DNA of 64,000 bases from Methanofastidiosum sp. (lineage in GTDB: Archaea; Methanobacteriota_B; Thermococci; Methanofastidiosales; Methanofastidiosaceae). Every line of letters begins with the position of its first letter. Positions within the stretch are counted from its first letter, which is position 1. The notes beneath the pieces are model-generated. The model saw nothing but the letters and a program-made list of their open reading frames with translations, was not told the origin of the DNA and ran no database searches. The position numbers and the translations under genes are program-made. Location of the stretch: the NCBI GenBank assembly GCA_039679445.1, contig JBDKUY010000026.1, forward strand, positions 28,523 through 92,522, given 5' to 3'. Positions 10,284-19,823 of this stretch are shown piece after piece.

Positions 10284-11090
10284 CTACTCCCTTGACCTCC
10301 AAAATAATAGATTAGATGGTGTCCTTCTAAGTATATCTTCAACTTCATTTCCCATAAGAAACTCTTTTAGGGTGTTCTGAGGTTTGGCTTTGACAAAAAG
10401 AAGATCATAGTTTGAAGCCATTGTTTCGTCCAAAATGCCATCTGTTGCATGCTCACATTCCCTAATTATAAGGTCTGTATCGATCCCATTTTCTTTAAGT
10501 TGATTAATAAAGGGAGAATAATATTCTTGTGTTTCTGTGAAAGCTTTTTGCATCTCTGTTTTATCCAATTTTCCTCTAGGATTTTTAATGCATCTTAACA
10601 CAGATACGCTAAGATTTAATGATTTTGAAAGTGCTTCAATTAAAAATATTCTTTCTTTGGCATTATAGTCTTTTTCAGAAATTGGAACTAATAATTTTTT
10701 ATGTTGCTTTAATGGTCGGGCCTTGACTATCTTAACACCAATGACTGAAGACAAAGCATATTTCATTAGCCTTTGAGAGAAGCTACCGATGAAAAATAGA
10801 CCATTTTCCTGTCTTTTTAAGGTAGTAATAATTAAATCGAGATCTTTGTCTCTAATTATTTTGTTTAGTTCATAAAGTATGTCGCCTTTAATCTCCAATA
10901 TTTCTGCATCTAACCCATCTTCCTTTGCCATCTTTTTAATAAAGTCAATATTTTCTAAAACTCCCTTATTATTTGTATATGGCACTAAGAAGAAAGATGC
11001 GCTTGAACATTTTGAAATCAAAGTCGCATACATTGAAACTATTCTAACTTCTAGTCCTGCATCAACAATTAAAAAGATGCGTTTAAACAT
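10284..11090 (-). CDS. Universal stress protein with tandem UspA domains
   Basis: 268 aa with two alpha/beta USP-like repeats (ILVPYTNNKG..., LLVPISEKDY...). Confidence 0.55.
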   Translation of the reverse strand: MFKRIFLIVDAGLEVRIVSMYATLISKCSSASFFLVPYTNNKGVLENIDFIKKMAKEDGLDAEILEIKGDILYELNKIIRDKDLDLIITTLKRQENGLFFIGSFSQRLMKYALSSVIGVKIVKARPLKQHKKLLVPISEKDYNAKERIFLIEALSKSLNLSVSVLRCIKNPRGKLDKTEMQKAFTETQEYYSPFINQLKENGIDTDLIIRECEHATDGILDETMASNYDLLFVKAKPQNTLKEFLMGNEVEDILRRTPSNLLFWRSRE

Positions 11091-11127
11091 TAATATTAAT
11101 TAGGAAAAGTTACTTTAAATATATTTC

Positions 11128-11367
11128 TTAGTTCCTGGAATACATCATGTATGAAAATACTAAAATAATAGCAACTATGAGCCCACCAATGAAAATACTA
11201 GAGTTTAAGAACAATGAATAGACCGGATCTGAAGAATCTGTAGAAGGCAGTCGGATTGAGCCAACAAATGAAGTGAAAAGAATGTACCCAATTACCAGAA
11301 AAGGAAGAAACCTACCCCACCCAGTACTTTTTGGACGTCTTTTAGGAATCTGATCGAAATTATCCAT
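11128..11367 (-). CDS. Small hypothetical membrane protein (79 aa)
   Basis: The ORF has two hydrophobic helices and no recognisable family. Confidence 0.35.
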   Translation of the reverse strand: MDNFDQIPKRRPKSTGWGRFLPFLVIGYILFTSFVGSIRLPSTDSSDPVYSLFLNSSIFIGGLIVAIILVFSYMMYSRN

Positions 11368-11415
11368 GTTATTTAATCTGTCTACAACTTTATAAATGTT
11401 ATAGGTTTTGAAAAA

Positions 11416-13107
11416 TTAATTCCCCACACATTTTAATTTTATGATAAAAGTAGCCCCTTTTGGTTTATTGTCTTCTAATTTAATAGTGCCACCGTATCTT
11501 TCGATTGTCTTTTTAACAATATAAAGACCTAGTCCACTACCCTTACTTTCTCCAAAGCTTAAACCTTCCTCAAATACATTATCTTTTATGTCGTCTGGGA
11601 TACCCTTCCCATAATCTGTTATTCGTATTTCACATGTTTTGCTTTTTGAAGTGGTGATATCTACATCTATTCTATCTGTTTTCCCATGAATTATTGCATT
11701 CCTCATAATATTTTCAAACACAGAAAATAGTGCCTGATCTGCTAATGCAGTCGCATCACCAGTTATATTAATTGAGGAGATGTGTAAATTAGTAGATACG
11801 TCTTCCGCTATTTTTCTTACATTTATTGGAATTAATTCTCCTTTATTAAGCACAAAAGATTCAAGTTCCCTAATTCTTTCGATTAGCTCAATACTACCAT
11901 CGACTGAACGATCTAACTTACCAAGTAAGGCTTTATCTTTTTTTTCTTCATAAAGCCACAAGGAAGATTTCATGACGGCCAATTTATTTAGAAGATCATG
12001 CCTAAGTATTTTGTTAATTACTTGTAATGTTTCGTTTAGCTCTTCAATTTGTTTATTTGATTTTATTAATTTGTCTTCCATTTTTTTACGATTAGTAATA
12101 TCATGTAGTGCAATAAGATGCCCAATTAAGAAATTATTAGAATCATAAATATCTGAAACATCCATCTCATAAGTTTTTGTTCCTTTGAATAGATTAGTTT
12201 TATTGAGGTGACTTTTAGATTGTAAATTCTGGTATTCTCTATTGAGTTCAGGCCATTTGTCAGAAATTTGGTCAAATTTTTTACCACAAATACTACTACT
12301 AGTTATACCAAGAGTTTTTTCCATAGAAGGATTGATTTCTACAATTTGATTTAGTCTCCCCAAAACTATATACGAATCGTTCATATTTTTAAAAACATTC
12401 ATGTACGCTGTGGGCACTATGTCCAACAGCTGGTACTTTGTTATTCCAATTAGTAAGACTACACCCATTAAAGAAAAAGAAACCGAAGTGAAGTCTAAAG
12501 GCGAGATTATTATCCTAGATAAATGAATCAAATTTGCTGTCCAAGTTATGAATATGGCTATTATAAATGTTATTTTTTGCTTCCTATTGATGGAATTCGA
12601 TAGATTGAAGGACTGAAACAATAAAAATATTCCGAGAATAATTAAAGAATAAAAAAATATTATAAACAGCCAAAATAAGGGCCCATACACCTTACCAAAA
12701 GCTAAAACCCCGGATATTTCTATAAGAAAGATACTGCTTCTGAATAAGTGATGGTACTGATTTGTCCAGACAATTATCAGAGTAGCTAATGAAAATAAAG
12801 ACATTAAAAGAATTAAACTCTTACCAATATACTTTGATTTTCCAGAGTATTCAAAAACAAATAATATCCATGAAACTGGGAATATTGAAATAGCTATATA
12901 AGAGATATTATCCCAAAACAATTTATTTGGAAGTGACGTGCTCCCAAGATTCAATAGATCTGCCAATGCCCATACAAAGGCAGCTGTAATACAAATAGTC
13001 AAGTAACGGCTTCCAGGTGATTGTTCCCTTTTTAAAAGAATGTATATCACTATGGCTGACACTAAACAACTTAACAATAATGGTATCTGGTATACTGTAA
13101 ACTGCAT
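11416..13107 (-). CDS. Membrane-bound sensor histidine kinase (intact)
   Basis: 563 aa with about 6 N-terminal TM helices, a HisKA H-box (ILRHDLLNKL) and HATPase_c N, G1 and G2 motifs (NAIIHG, DYGKGIP, GSGLGLYIV). Confidence 0.88.
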   Translation of the reverse strand: MQFTVYQIPLLLSCLVSAIVIYILLKREQSPGSRYLTICITAAFVWALADLLNLGSTSLPNKLFWDNISYIAISIFPVSWILFVFEYSGKSKYIGKSLILLMSLFSLATLIIVWTNQYHHLFRSSIFLIEISGVLAFGKVYGPLFWLFIIFFYSLIILGIFLLFQSFNLSNSINRKQKITFIIAIFITWTANLIHLSRIIISPLDFTSVSFSLMGVVLLIGITKYQLLDIVPTAYMNVFKNMNDSYIVLGRLNQIVEINPSMEKTLGITSSSICGKKFDQISDKWPELNREYQNLQSKSHLNKTNLFKGTKTYEMDVSDIYDSNNFLIGHLIALHDITNRKKMEDKLIKSNKQIEELNETLQVINKILRHDLLNKLAVMKSSLWLYEEKKDKALLGKLDRSVDGSIELIERIRELESFVLNKGELIPINVRKIAEDVSTNLHISSINITGDATALADQALFSVFENIMRNAIIHGKTDRIDVDITTSKSKTCEIRITDYGKGIPDDIKDNVFEEGLSFGESKGSGLGLYIVKKTIERYGGTIKLEDNKPKGATFIIKLKCVGN

Positions 13108-13249
13108 ATTTAATGCCTCATCTTATTGTAAAATCAATCACAACATCCGATAAAAAATAATATTATTTTTTAAGTCTTTAGTATAATTATGATTTTACCG
13201 CAAAAATAATTGAGAAATATACAATATTTTATTGAATTGATACAAATAG

Positions 13250-13324
13250 TGCTCCGGCTGGGATTTGAACCCAGGTCTCAAGCTCGAGAAGCTCGAATGA
13301 TTGGCCGGTCTACACCACCGGAGC
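13250..13324 (-). tRNA. tRNA-Glu (anticodon CUC)
   Basis: Reverse complement GCTCCGGTGGTGTAGACCGGCCAATCATTCGAGCTTCTCGAGCTTGAGACCTGGGTTCAAATCCCAGCCGGAGCA. Acceptor GCUCCGG/CCGGAGC, anticodon stem CGAGC/GCUUG with loop UUCUCGA, T-arm CUGGG-UUCAAAU-CCCAG. It resembles archaeal tRNA-Glu. No CCA is encoded. Confidence 0.8.
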
Positions 13325-13424
13325 TTTATCAATCCATTAGCCTTATACTTAAAAAATTTACGGTATATTGTTCAAAGATAGTTTTATAAGTTTCTTAAAA
13401 ATAAACAATTTCACCGGTGGTTAG

Positions 13425-14159
13425 ATGGTTACATTGGAATATATTATTTATGCAACGTGTTTTTGCCTTATTTTTGGGGGTCTTTCTTTTAAATTTAGGG
13501 CTGTTGATCTTTCTGGATTTATTGCCGGTGTTTTTGTTGGAATTCCAATTATTATTTTTGGTGGATTTAGATTTTTTTTCATTTTAGCATTCTTTTTTAT
13601 AACTGCGTCTATAGCTACAAAATTCAAATATGAAGAAAAGAGTAGGAAGGGTGTTGCTGAGAAAAACAAAGGTACAAGAAGCTACATTAATGTATTAGGA
13701 AATGGTATTGTTGCCTCTTTTTTTGCAATTTTGTACTATGTTGGCCCTATTTACTTTAATCTAGAGAGTAATATATTCTTACTTGGTTTTCTCGGTGCCT
13801 TAGCAACTGCTGCCGCAGATACTGCTGGAGGAGAGATAGGAAGACTTTCTCATTATAAGCCGAGATTGATAACTAATTTAAAAGTTGTAGAAACTGGTTC
13901 TGACGGTGGAGTAACTCTTTTAGGGGAATTGGCCGAACTAATTGTTGCTTTTTTAATAGGAATAGTGGCATATTTTGCAGGGCTTGGGGATGCACGTATG
14001 ATATTAATTACAGGTGTCGCTGGATTCATAGGGGCAAACATTGATAGCATAATAGGCGCAACATTTGAGACGTGGTATGACTTTTTTGGAAACAATCATA
14101 CGAATATTACGGCCACCATTGCCGGAGGAATTTTGGGTTCTGTTCTACACTTTTTTTAG
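13425..14159 (+). CDS. DUF92/TMEM19-family integral membrane protein (CTP-dependent prenol kinase superfamily-like)
   Basis: 244 aa multi-TM protein with the GTRSYINVLGNG-type motif seen in TIGR00297/DUF92 proteins. Confidence 0.5.
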   Translation: MVTLEYIIYATCFCLIFGGLSFKFRAVDLSGFIAGVFVGIPIIIFGGFRFFFILAFFFITASIATKFKYEEKSRKGVAEKNKGTRSYINVLGNGIVASFFAILYYVGPIYFNLESNIFLLGFLGALATAAADTAGGEIGRLSHYKPRLITNLKVVETGSDGGVTLLGELAELIVAFLIGIVAYFAGLGDARMILITGVAGFIGANIDSIIGATFETWYDFFGNNHTNITATIAGGILGSVLHFF

Positions 14160-15103
14160 GATTTAGTCATCTTTGCCATGAAAAGACCATTGGCATTGTG
14201 GACATGTGGGAGCGATCTTTTACATAATAGTATCTCATCGGATAATTTCCTACCGAATATTTCTGTAAATCCTTTCTCAAGCGGGATGCCATTAATATCC
14301 GCATCGATTTTCAATAACTTTATATCAAAATTATCTAAAGCCCATTGCACTACAAATTCATTCTCTTCTGGCTCTAGGCTACATGTTGTATAAAGAAGAG
14401 TACCACCACTTTTTAAACTTTGAATAGCCGATTTTAGAAGTTTTTTCTGAATTTCACTTAAGAAAATTACATCGTGGGTACTCTTTAAAGATTTCCTCAA
14501 ACTATCCTTTCTCATTATGCCACTGCCCGTGCATGGAGCGTCAAGAAGAATCTTATCAGGACTATCCTTTATTTTTGTTATCTCTTCTCCGTTCAAATTA
14601 AAGACCGCAATATTCAAACATCCTAATCTAGTGATATTATTCTTAAGTGCAGAAAGCCTTCTTCTATTTATGTCAAAAGCGTATATCGCACCTTGATTTT
14701 CCATCATTGCAGATAAATGAGTTGTCTTCCCCCCAGGGGCAGCACACATGTCTATTACAAAGTCATTTTTATCAGGCGAAAGAATAGGGGAAACAATCAT
14801 TTCAGCGACACCTTGAATGTAAAAGTAACCGAGAAGATTTTCTTGAGTAGATGAAATTGAAAACTTTGATTCTTCAATAATAAAGCCAAAATCACAAATA
14901 TTTTTCAATACAAATCCATTTTCTGTTAGCCTTTCAGTTAGTTCTTCCCTGGATATCTTAATAGTATTAATTCTAATTGAATCTTTGTTCTCTGTTTCAT
15001 TGGCAGCTATGAACTCAGGTAGCTTCTCCCCAAACATTTCATTGTATCGTTTGAGATTATCAAAGCTATACCCATACTCCCTTGCTATGTCGCTTAACTT
15101 CAT
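14156..15103 (-). CDS. NOL1/NOP2/Sun-family RNA (cytosine-C5) methyltransferase
   Basis: Motifs DMCAAPGGKTTHL (SAM binding), DAPCTGSG and TCS are present. The start is probably the Met at 15103 or 15118, not the ORF-track 15181, which would overlap the divergent CYTH gene. Confidence 0.82.
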   Translation of the reverse strand: MKLSDIAREYGYSFDNLKRYNEMFGEKLPEFIAANETENKDSIRINTIKISREELTERLTENGFVLKNICDFGFIIEESKFSISSTQENLLGYFYIQGVAEMIVSPILSPDKNDFVIDMCAAPGGKTTHLSAMMENQGAIYAFDINRRRLSALKNNITRLGCLNIAVFNLNGEEITKIKDSPDKILLDAPCTGSGIMRKDSLRKSLKSTHDVIFLSEIQKKLLKSAIQSLKSGGTLLYTTCSLEPEENEFVVQWALDNFDIKLLKIDADINGIPLEKGFTEIFGRKLSDEILLCKRSLPHVHNANGLFMAKMTKS

Positions 15104-15146
15104 CAAATCAACAAACATATAAAATAGAGTTGTATTAAAATAACTT

Positions 15147-15656
15147 ATGCTTGAACTCGAGATGAAGGCTAAGATAGACAAGTATACAAGAGGGAGAATT
15201 GATCAGATCTTAAGAAAAGCAGAGTTTATTGAAGAAAAAGTCGAAGAAGATATATATTATTCTTCACCCATAAGAGATTTCAAAGAAACAGACGAGGCTT
15301 TACGGATAAGATATTCAGGTGAAAAGGCTATTTTAACATACAAAGGGCCAAAACTTGATAAGATATCTAAATCAAGAGAAGAGTTTGAGGCGTTTGTTTC
15401 CGGAGATATAGAAGAAATCCTTCAAAAACTTGGGTATAAAAAGATATTAAATGTAAGAAAAAAAAGAAAAGTATACCTCTATAAAGATTATACTGTGTCA
15501 ATTGATGATGTTGAAGATCTTGGCGAGTATATTGAAATAGAACTAAAATCAGAGAATCTTCAAGACATTAAAAGAATAGAAAATCTGTTTGAGGCCCTTT
15601 TTCTGGAAAGTGAAAGAAGGTCCTATCTTGAACTATTGCTTTTGAAAAAAAAATAA
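15147..15656 (+). CDS. CYTH-domain protein (CyaB/triphosphate tunnel metalloenzyme-like)
   Basis: 169 aa with an N-terminal ExExK signature (MLELEMKAKI) and an EIELK motif near the C-terminus, typical of CYTH. Confidence 0.7.
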   Translation: MLELEMKAKIDKYTRGRIDQILRKAEFIEEKVEEDIYYSSPIRDFKETDEALRIRYSGEKAILTYKGPKLDKISKSREEFEAFVSGDIEEILQKLGYKKILNVRKKRKVYLYKDYTVSIDDVEDLGEYIEIELKSENLQDIKRIENLFEALFLESERRSYLELLLLKKK

Positions 15657-15657
15657 A

Positions 15658-16059
15658 TTAATATATTTTAAATCCTTCTTTAGAAAGGACCTTATTTGCA
15701 AGTTCAATGTTGTCCACTTTTAGTACCAGTATCTTTTCATTGTTAATAAATCCAAAGCCGAGTGCATCTTCAATGTTGACATTATTTACTCCAAGAATTT
15801 TTGCAATTTCAGAGATTGTTGTATTATTTACGTTAACACCGACTACTTCTTGTATATTTGCAATCATTTCGTGCTTTGATAGAATTGAAGCACCTTTCTT
15901 TACATCGTCTATTATGAGTCTTACTATGCCAAAGTCACCTGCGTCCGCAATTGCAAGCCCCGATATGGAGAGCCCTTCTTTAGATAGTTCATCGATTATC
16001 TTCGAAAGTCTTTTTGGTTTGTTTTCAATGAATACTGATAGTATCTTCAAGCGTTTCAC
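15658..16059 (-). CDS. ACT-domain protein
   Basis: 133 aa with ACT-like repeats (ILSVFIENKPKRLSKIIDELSKEGLSISGLAIAD). It overlaps the upstream symporter stop by 4 nt. Confidence 0.65.
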   Translation of the reverse strand: MKRLKILSVFIENKPKRLSKIIDELSKEGLSISGLAIADAGDFGIVRLIIDDVKKGASILSKHEMIANIQEVVGVNVNNTTISEIAKILGVNNVNIEDALGFGFINNEKILVLKVDNIELANKVLSKEGFKIY

Positions 16060-17570
16060 CTTTTCTTTGTCTGGATGAATGGTCCAGTTAAAGTTTCTTT
16101 CAAAACTTTTTCGGGTGGATTCTTAGTAACAAGGCTTACAACGACCATTGTTATTACAGCTAAAACGAAGCTGTACATACTAAAGTGCATTGGTAACTTC
16201 ATTATAAACTGGTGGACAAATCCAAAGGCTATAGATGTTGAAAATCCAACGGCCATCGACGCAAGTGCTCCTTCTCTTGTGGCTCTCTTCCAGTATAGTC
16301 CTGCGAGTAAAGGCATTACAAATGTGGAAAGCATTATACCTATTCCCATCCAGATTAATAGCGCTAGAAGTTGAGGTGGTTTTACAGCAAGGTAAAGTGT
16401 TAATGCTGCGGCAACTATAACTACTGCCCTGCTAACGGCGGTGATCTTTTTATCATTGGCTTTTGGATTTATTAGATTTTTATAGATGTCCCAACTCACT
16501 GAAGTTCCTATTGTAAGCATGAGCCTGTCTGTAGTTGACATGACGGCTGATAAAACCATTACGGCAAACAAAGGCCATACAATTGAAGGCAATGCATAGT
16601 TAACTGCTGCCACAAAAGAATAATCTGCATAAGGAACGCTAATAATTCCATCTGATACCATTGTCTTTGCTCCAAATCCAACAATCTTTACTAGGTACAT
16701 TATTACAACGTATATCCCAAATGCTACAAAAGGTGCAAATTTAAAGTATTTGTCCTTTTTAACAGCAAGTACATTGTTAACGATATGTGGGGCAGATCCA
16801 AGTCCTATTGCCAGTAGGAAAAAGAACGATACTAGATATAATGGCGTCATAAATGCATAACCTGCATATGGTGGATGCATCTGTGGATAAGCAAGATTTA
16901 CCATGTTTGGATCTATAGACGCCAATACTGTGTTTATGTGTGTAAGTCCTCCAGCAGCCTTTATAACTAAGGGGGCTACTATAAGAACTCCACCTATAAT
17001 GAACGCTCCTTGAATCATATTTGTCCATGCAACTGCATATAATCCACCTAATGTTACATACATTAAAACTATTATACCTGCTATTAAAAGTGCTTCAGTA
17101 TGAGTTATACCAAAGAGCCATACAAGGATTATACTTATTGCCGTGTATTGACCAACAAGATAGATACCGCTAGTAACAACTACGGCGAGTCCTGAAAGTG
17201 CCCTCATTAGTTTTGGGCTGTAAAATCTGTGTGCAAAATAGTCTTGAACAGTCATATAACCCATTTTTTCTGAGATTTTGTGCAATTTTGTTCCGTAGAA
17301 CAATATACAGATTGCAGCAGTCAATGGGACAAATATCTGCTCCCATATGCTAGGCCATCCTGCAGTATATCCTAGTCCTGCAACTCCCAATATCGTCATA
17401 CCACTTGTTGTAGAAGCAACAATTAATATAACAAAAAACCAAAATCCTAAACTCCTTCCAGCTACTATGTAATCTTCACTACTCTTTACTTTCCTAGATG
17501 CCCATGCACCTATTGCAAGCATCGCAATAAAGTAGATTACAACTAGGGAGGTCGTCATTATTGATGCCAT
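16056..17570 (-). CDS. Sodium:solute symporter (SSS family, ActP/PutP-like)
   Basis: 504 aa with about 13 TM helices and SSS-family sequence character. Confidence 0.85.
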   Translation of the reverse strand: MASIMTTSLVVIYFIAMLAIGAWASRKVKSSEDYIVAGRSLGFWFFVILIVASTTSGMTILGVAGLGYTAGWPSIWEQIFVPLTAAICILFYGTKLHKISEKMGYMTVQDYFAHRFYSPKLMRALSGLAVVVTSGIYLVGQYTAISIILVWLFGITHTEALLIAGIIVLMYVTLGGLYAVAWTNMIQGAFIIGGVLIVAPLVIKAAGGLTHINTVLASIDPNMVNLAYPQMHPPYAGYAFMTPLYLVSFFFLLAIGLGSAPHIVNNVLAVKKDKYFKFAPFVAFGIYVVIMYLVKIVGFGAKTMVSDGIISVPYADYSFVAAVNYALPSIVWPLFAVMVLSAVMSTTDRLMLTIGTSVSWDIYKNLINPKANDKKITAVSRAVVIVAAALTLYLAVKPPQLLALLIWMGIGIMLSTFVMPLLAGLYWKRATREGALASMAVGFSTSIAFGFVHQFIMKLPMHFSMYSFVLAVITMVVVSLVTKNPPEKVLKETLTGPFIQTKKR

Positions 17571-17683
17571 TATTTATCCTCCTCCGCTTTATATTTAAAT
17601 CCCCAAAACAAAAGTAAAAGGGCTATTACTACTGGAACTATTAGAACAACATAAAATGTTGTTTCTGGCAGACCAAATATCAT
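17570..17683 (-). CDS. Small membrane protein (37 aa), symporter-associated (YjcH/DUF485 or DUF3311-like position)
   Basis: Reverse strand reads MIFGLPETTFYVVLIVPVVIALLLLFWGFKYKAEEDK, preceded by GGAGG. Its TAA overlaps the symporter ATG (TAATG). It is not in the ORF track because it is under 60 aa. Confidence 0.55.
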   Translation of the reverse strand: MIFGLPETTFYVVLIVPVVIALLLLFWGFKYKAEEDK

Positions 17684-17693
17684 TTAATTCCTC

Positions 17694-18983
17694 CTATCCT
17701 TCTAAATTTCTTTTATCGATGACTCGTTGAGCTTTACCTTGGGACCTTGGTATAGCCCCTTCTTCAACAAGCTTAACGTTTGCTTTTACTAAAAGAACGC
17801 TCTTTAGATCCTCTTCGACTTTGTCTTTAAGCTGAATCAGATCTTTCAGATTTCCTGTGAAAAGGTCCTTTGTTACCTCTATCTCAATTGTCAATTGATC
17901 TAGGGGTCCTTTTCTTTCAACAATTATGGCGTAATGACCTTTAAAGGCCGAATTTTTTAGAATTACCTCCTCAATCTGACTTGGGAAAACGTTAACACCT
18001 CTTATGATGAGCATGTCATCGCTTCTTCCATGAAGTCTTTCAATTTTTCTAAAAGGTAGGCCACAATTACATTTATCTTCGTATATTGCAGAGATATCCT
18101 TAGTACGGTATCTAAAGAGTGGCATTGCTTCCTTCCATAGAGGCGTGAATACCAGTTCTCCTCTTTCACCTTCTCCCAGAATTTCTCCAGTTTTTGGGTC
18201 GATTACTTCCATTATGAAATGATCTTCCCATACGTGAAGCCCATCCTTTTCTTTACATTCAACAGCTACACCAGGGCCACAGAGTTCAGAAATTCCATAG
18301 TTATCGTAAGCATTGATATTAAAAAGTTCTTCAATTCTCTGTCTCATGCCTTCACCCCAAGGTTCTGCCCCAAAGACTCCAATCTTTAATTTAAGATCCT
18401 TTTTAGGATCGATCCCCATTTCTTCAACTGATTCCCCAAGGTATATTGCATATGAGGGGGTGCTTGTAAAGGAGGTTGTACCAAAATCACGCATTATTTC
18501 TATCTGTTTCTTGGTGTTACCAGATCCTGTTGGGATTACAGAAACGCCAAGTCTTTCAGCACCGTAGTGAAAACCAAATCCTCCTGTAAAAAAGCCATAG
18601 TTGTAGATAATCTGCATAGAATCTTTTTTTGTTAGACCAGTCGTTGCTAAAACTCTCGCCATCAGATTGGACCACGTATCAAGATCGTTTTTTGTATAGT
18701 AAACAACTGTAGATTTCCCTGTAGTCCCTGAAGATGCGTGAAATCTTACGATGTCTTCCATTGGAACTGCCATAAGCCCAAAGGGATAGTTATCTCTAAG
18801 ATCGTTTTTTGTTGTGAATGGAAGTTTCTGAAGATCGTCGATATTTTTTATATCATCTGCTTTCAAATTACATTTTTTCAATGTATCTCTAAAAAATCGA
18901 GAGTTTTTCGAAGCGTAATCTACGCAACATCTTAGTTTTTTATTCTGATATTCTATTATCTCCTCTCTGGATTTGAACTCCAA
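17694..18983 (-). CDS. Phenylacetate-CoA ligase family adenylate-forming enzyme (PaaK / coenzyme F390 synthetase-like)
   Basis: 429 aa with an SSGTTG P-loop-like motif and PaaK-type N- and C-domains. The start is TTG at 18983. Confidence 0.85.
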   Translation of the reverse strand: MEFKSREEIIEYQNKKLRCCVDYASKNSRFFRDTLKKCNLKADDIKNIDDLQKLPFTTKNDLRDNYPFGLMAVPMEDIVRFHASSGTTGKSTVVYYTKNDLDTWSNLMARVLATTGLTKKDSMQIIYNYGFFTGGFGFHYGAERLGVSVIPTGSGNTKKQIEIMRDFGTTSFTSTPSYAIYLGESVEEMGIDPKKDLKLKIGVFGAEPWGEGMRQRIEELFNINAYDNYGISELCGPGVAVECKEKDGLHVWEDHFIMEVIDPKTGEILGEGERGELVFTPLWKEAMPLFRYRTKDISAIYEDKCNCGLPFRKIERLHGRSDDMLIIRGVNVFPSQIEEVILKNSAFKGHYAIIVERKGPLDQLTIEIEVTKDLFTGNLKDLIQLKDKVEEDLKSVLLVKANVKLVEEGAIPRSQGKAQRVIDKRNLEG

Positions 18984-19264
18984 AAAAACACCCCGTTAAA
19001 TTTCCCCACGTTGGGGATAAAATTTCACGAGGGAATTCAATAGCCATAATAATAATAGCAATAAACGGAAGAGAGAGCATTCTCAAAAAGAACATAATTA
19101 GGTTCGAATAAATTCTCCCTCATTGAATCCCTCATAGTAAAAACAGACAGGATATTTATAAGGTTTTCTAATTTTTTGAGATTTTTTTGAATACTGTTCT
19201 ATGGGCAAAGATTATTATGATAAAGTTAAGAAATCCATTTAAACATTTGATTAAATTCAAACTT

Positions 19265-19768
19265 ATGAATAAAAAAATCATACTGATAATTATTAGTTGT
19301 ATTAGTGCTGGAATTTTGACTTATTTTAATATTCCCCTACAATGGGGAAATCCAAATCTTGGAACTACTCCCGTATCTATTATCTCACTTTTTTCCCCTT
19401 TGGGCGGCGTTATTACGGCCCTTGTTAAAGGTATTAGCTCGTCAATTTACACAGGCAGGACTTATGTTGAGATGGCCGCCGGGGTAGGGGATGCCTTGAT
19501 GGCGTTAGTCACTTACTATCTTTTAAAAAAAATTGGAAAAGAGAGGGCTATAATAGTTGGACAATTCTCAAGGTACATATTTACATCGACTCTTATAGCT
19601 ATTTCTGTTTCAATTTTTAGAGATAATAATATTAGTGAAATTCCAATAATCTGGGCCGATATGTTTCCAGCTATTACTATATCTATAATTGTAAATATAG
19701 TTGCTGCAATAATAATTTTAAAGATATTTGAGGATAAAATAACTAATTATTTGTCTAACGCCCGTTGA
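19265..19768 (+). CDS. Predicted multi-TM membrane protein, possibly an ECF-transporter S-component-like protein
   Basis: Hydrophobic 5-6 TM protein. The likely start is MNKKIILIII at 19265, not the ORF-track 19187. There is weak resemblance to the ORF at 30285-30806. Confidence 0.35.
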   Translation: MNKKIILIIISCISAGILTYFNIPLQWGNPNLGTTPVSIISLFSPLGGVITALVKGISSSIYTGRTYVEMAAGVGDALMALVTYYLLKKIGKERAIIVGQFSRYIFTSTLIAISVSIFRDNNISEIPIIWADMFPAITISIIVNIVAAIIILKIFEDKITNYLSNAR

Positions 19769-19823
19769 AAAAAAAATTGAAGAATATGCTATTGCAAATT
19801 TAATAAAATAAATATAAAAATTA

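Noticed and set aside
15104-15146. The short divergent region between the RNA methyltransferase and the CYTH gene as a bidirectional regulatory element.
   Set aside because: At only about 43 nt and AT-rich it is compatible with an ordinary divergent promoter. No distinctive repeat or structure was seen.
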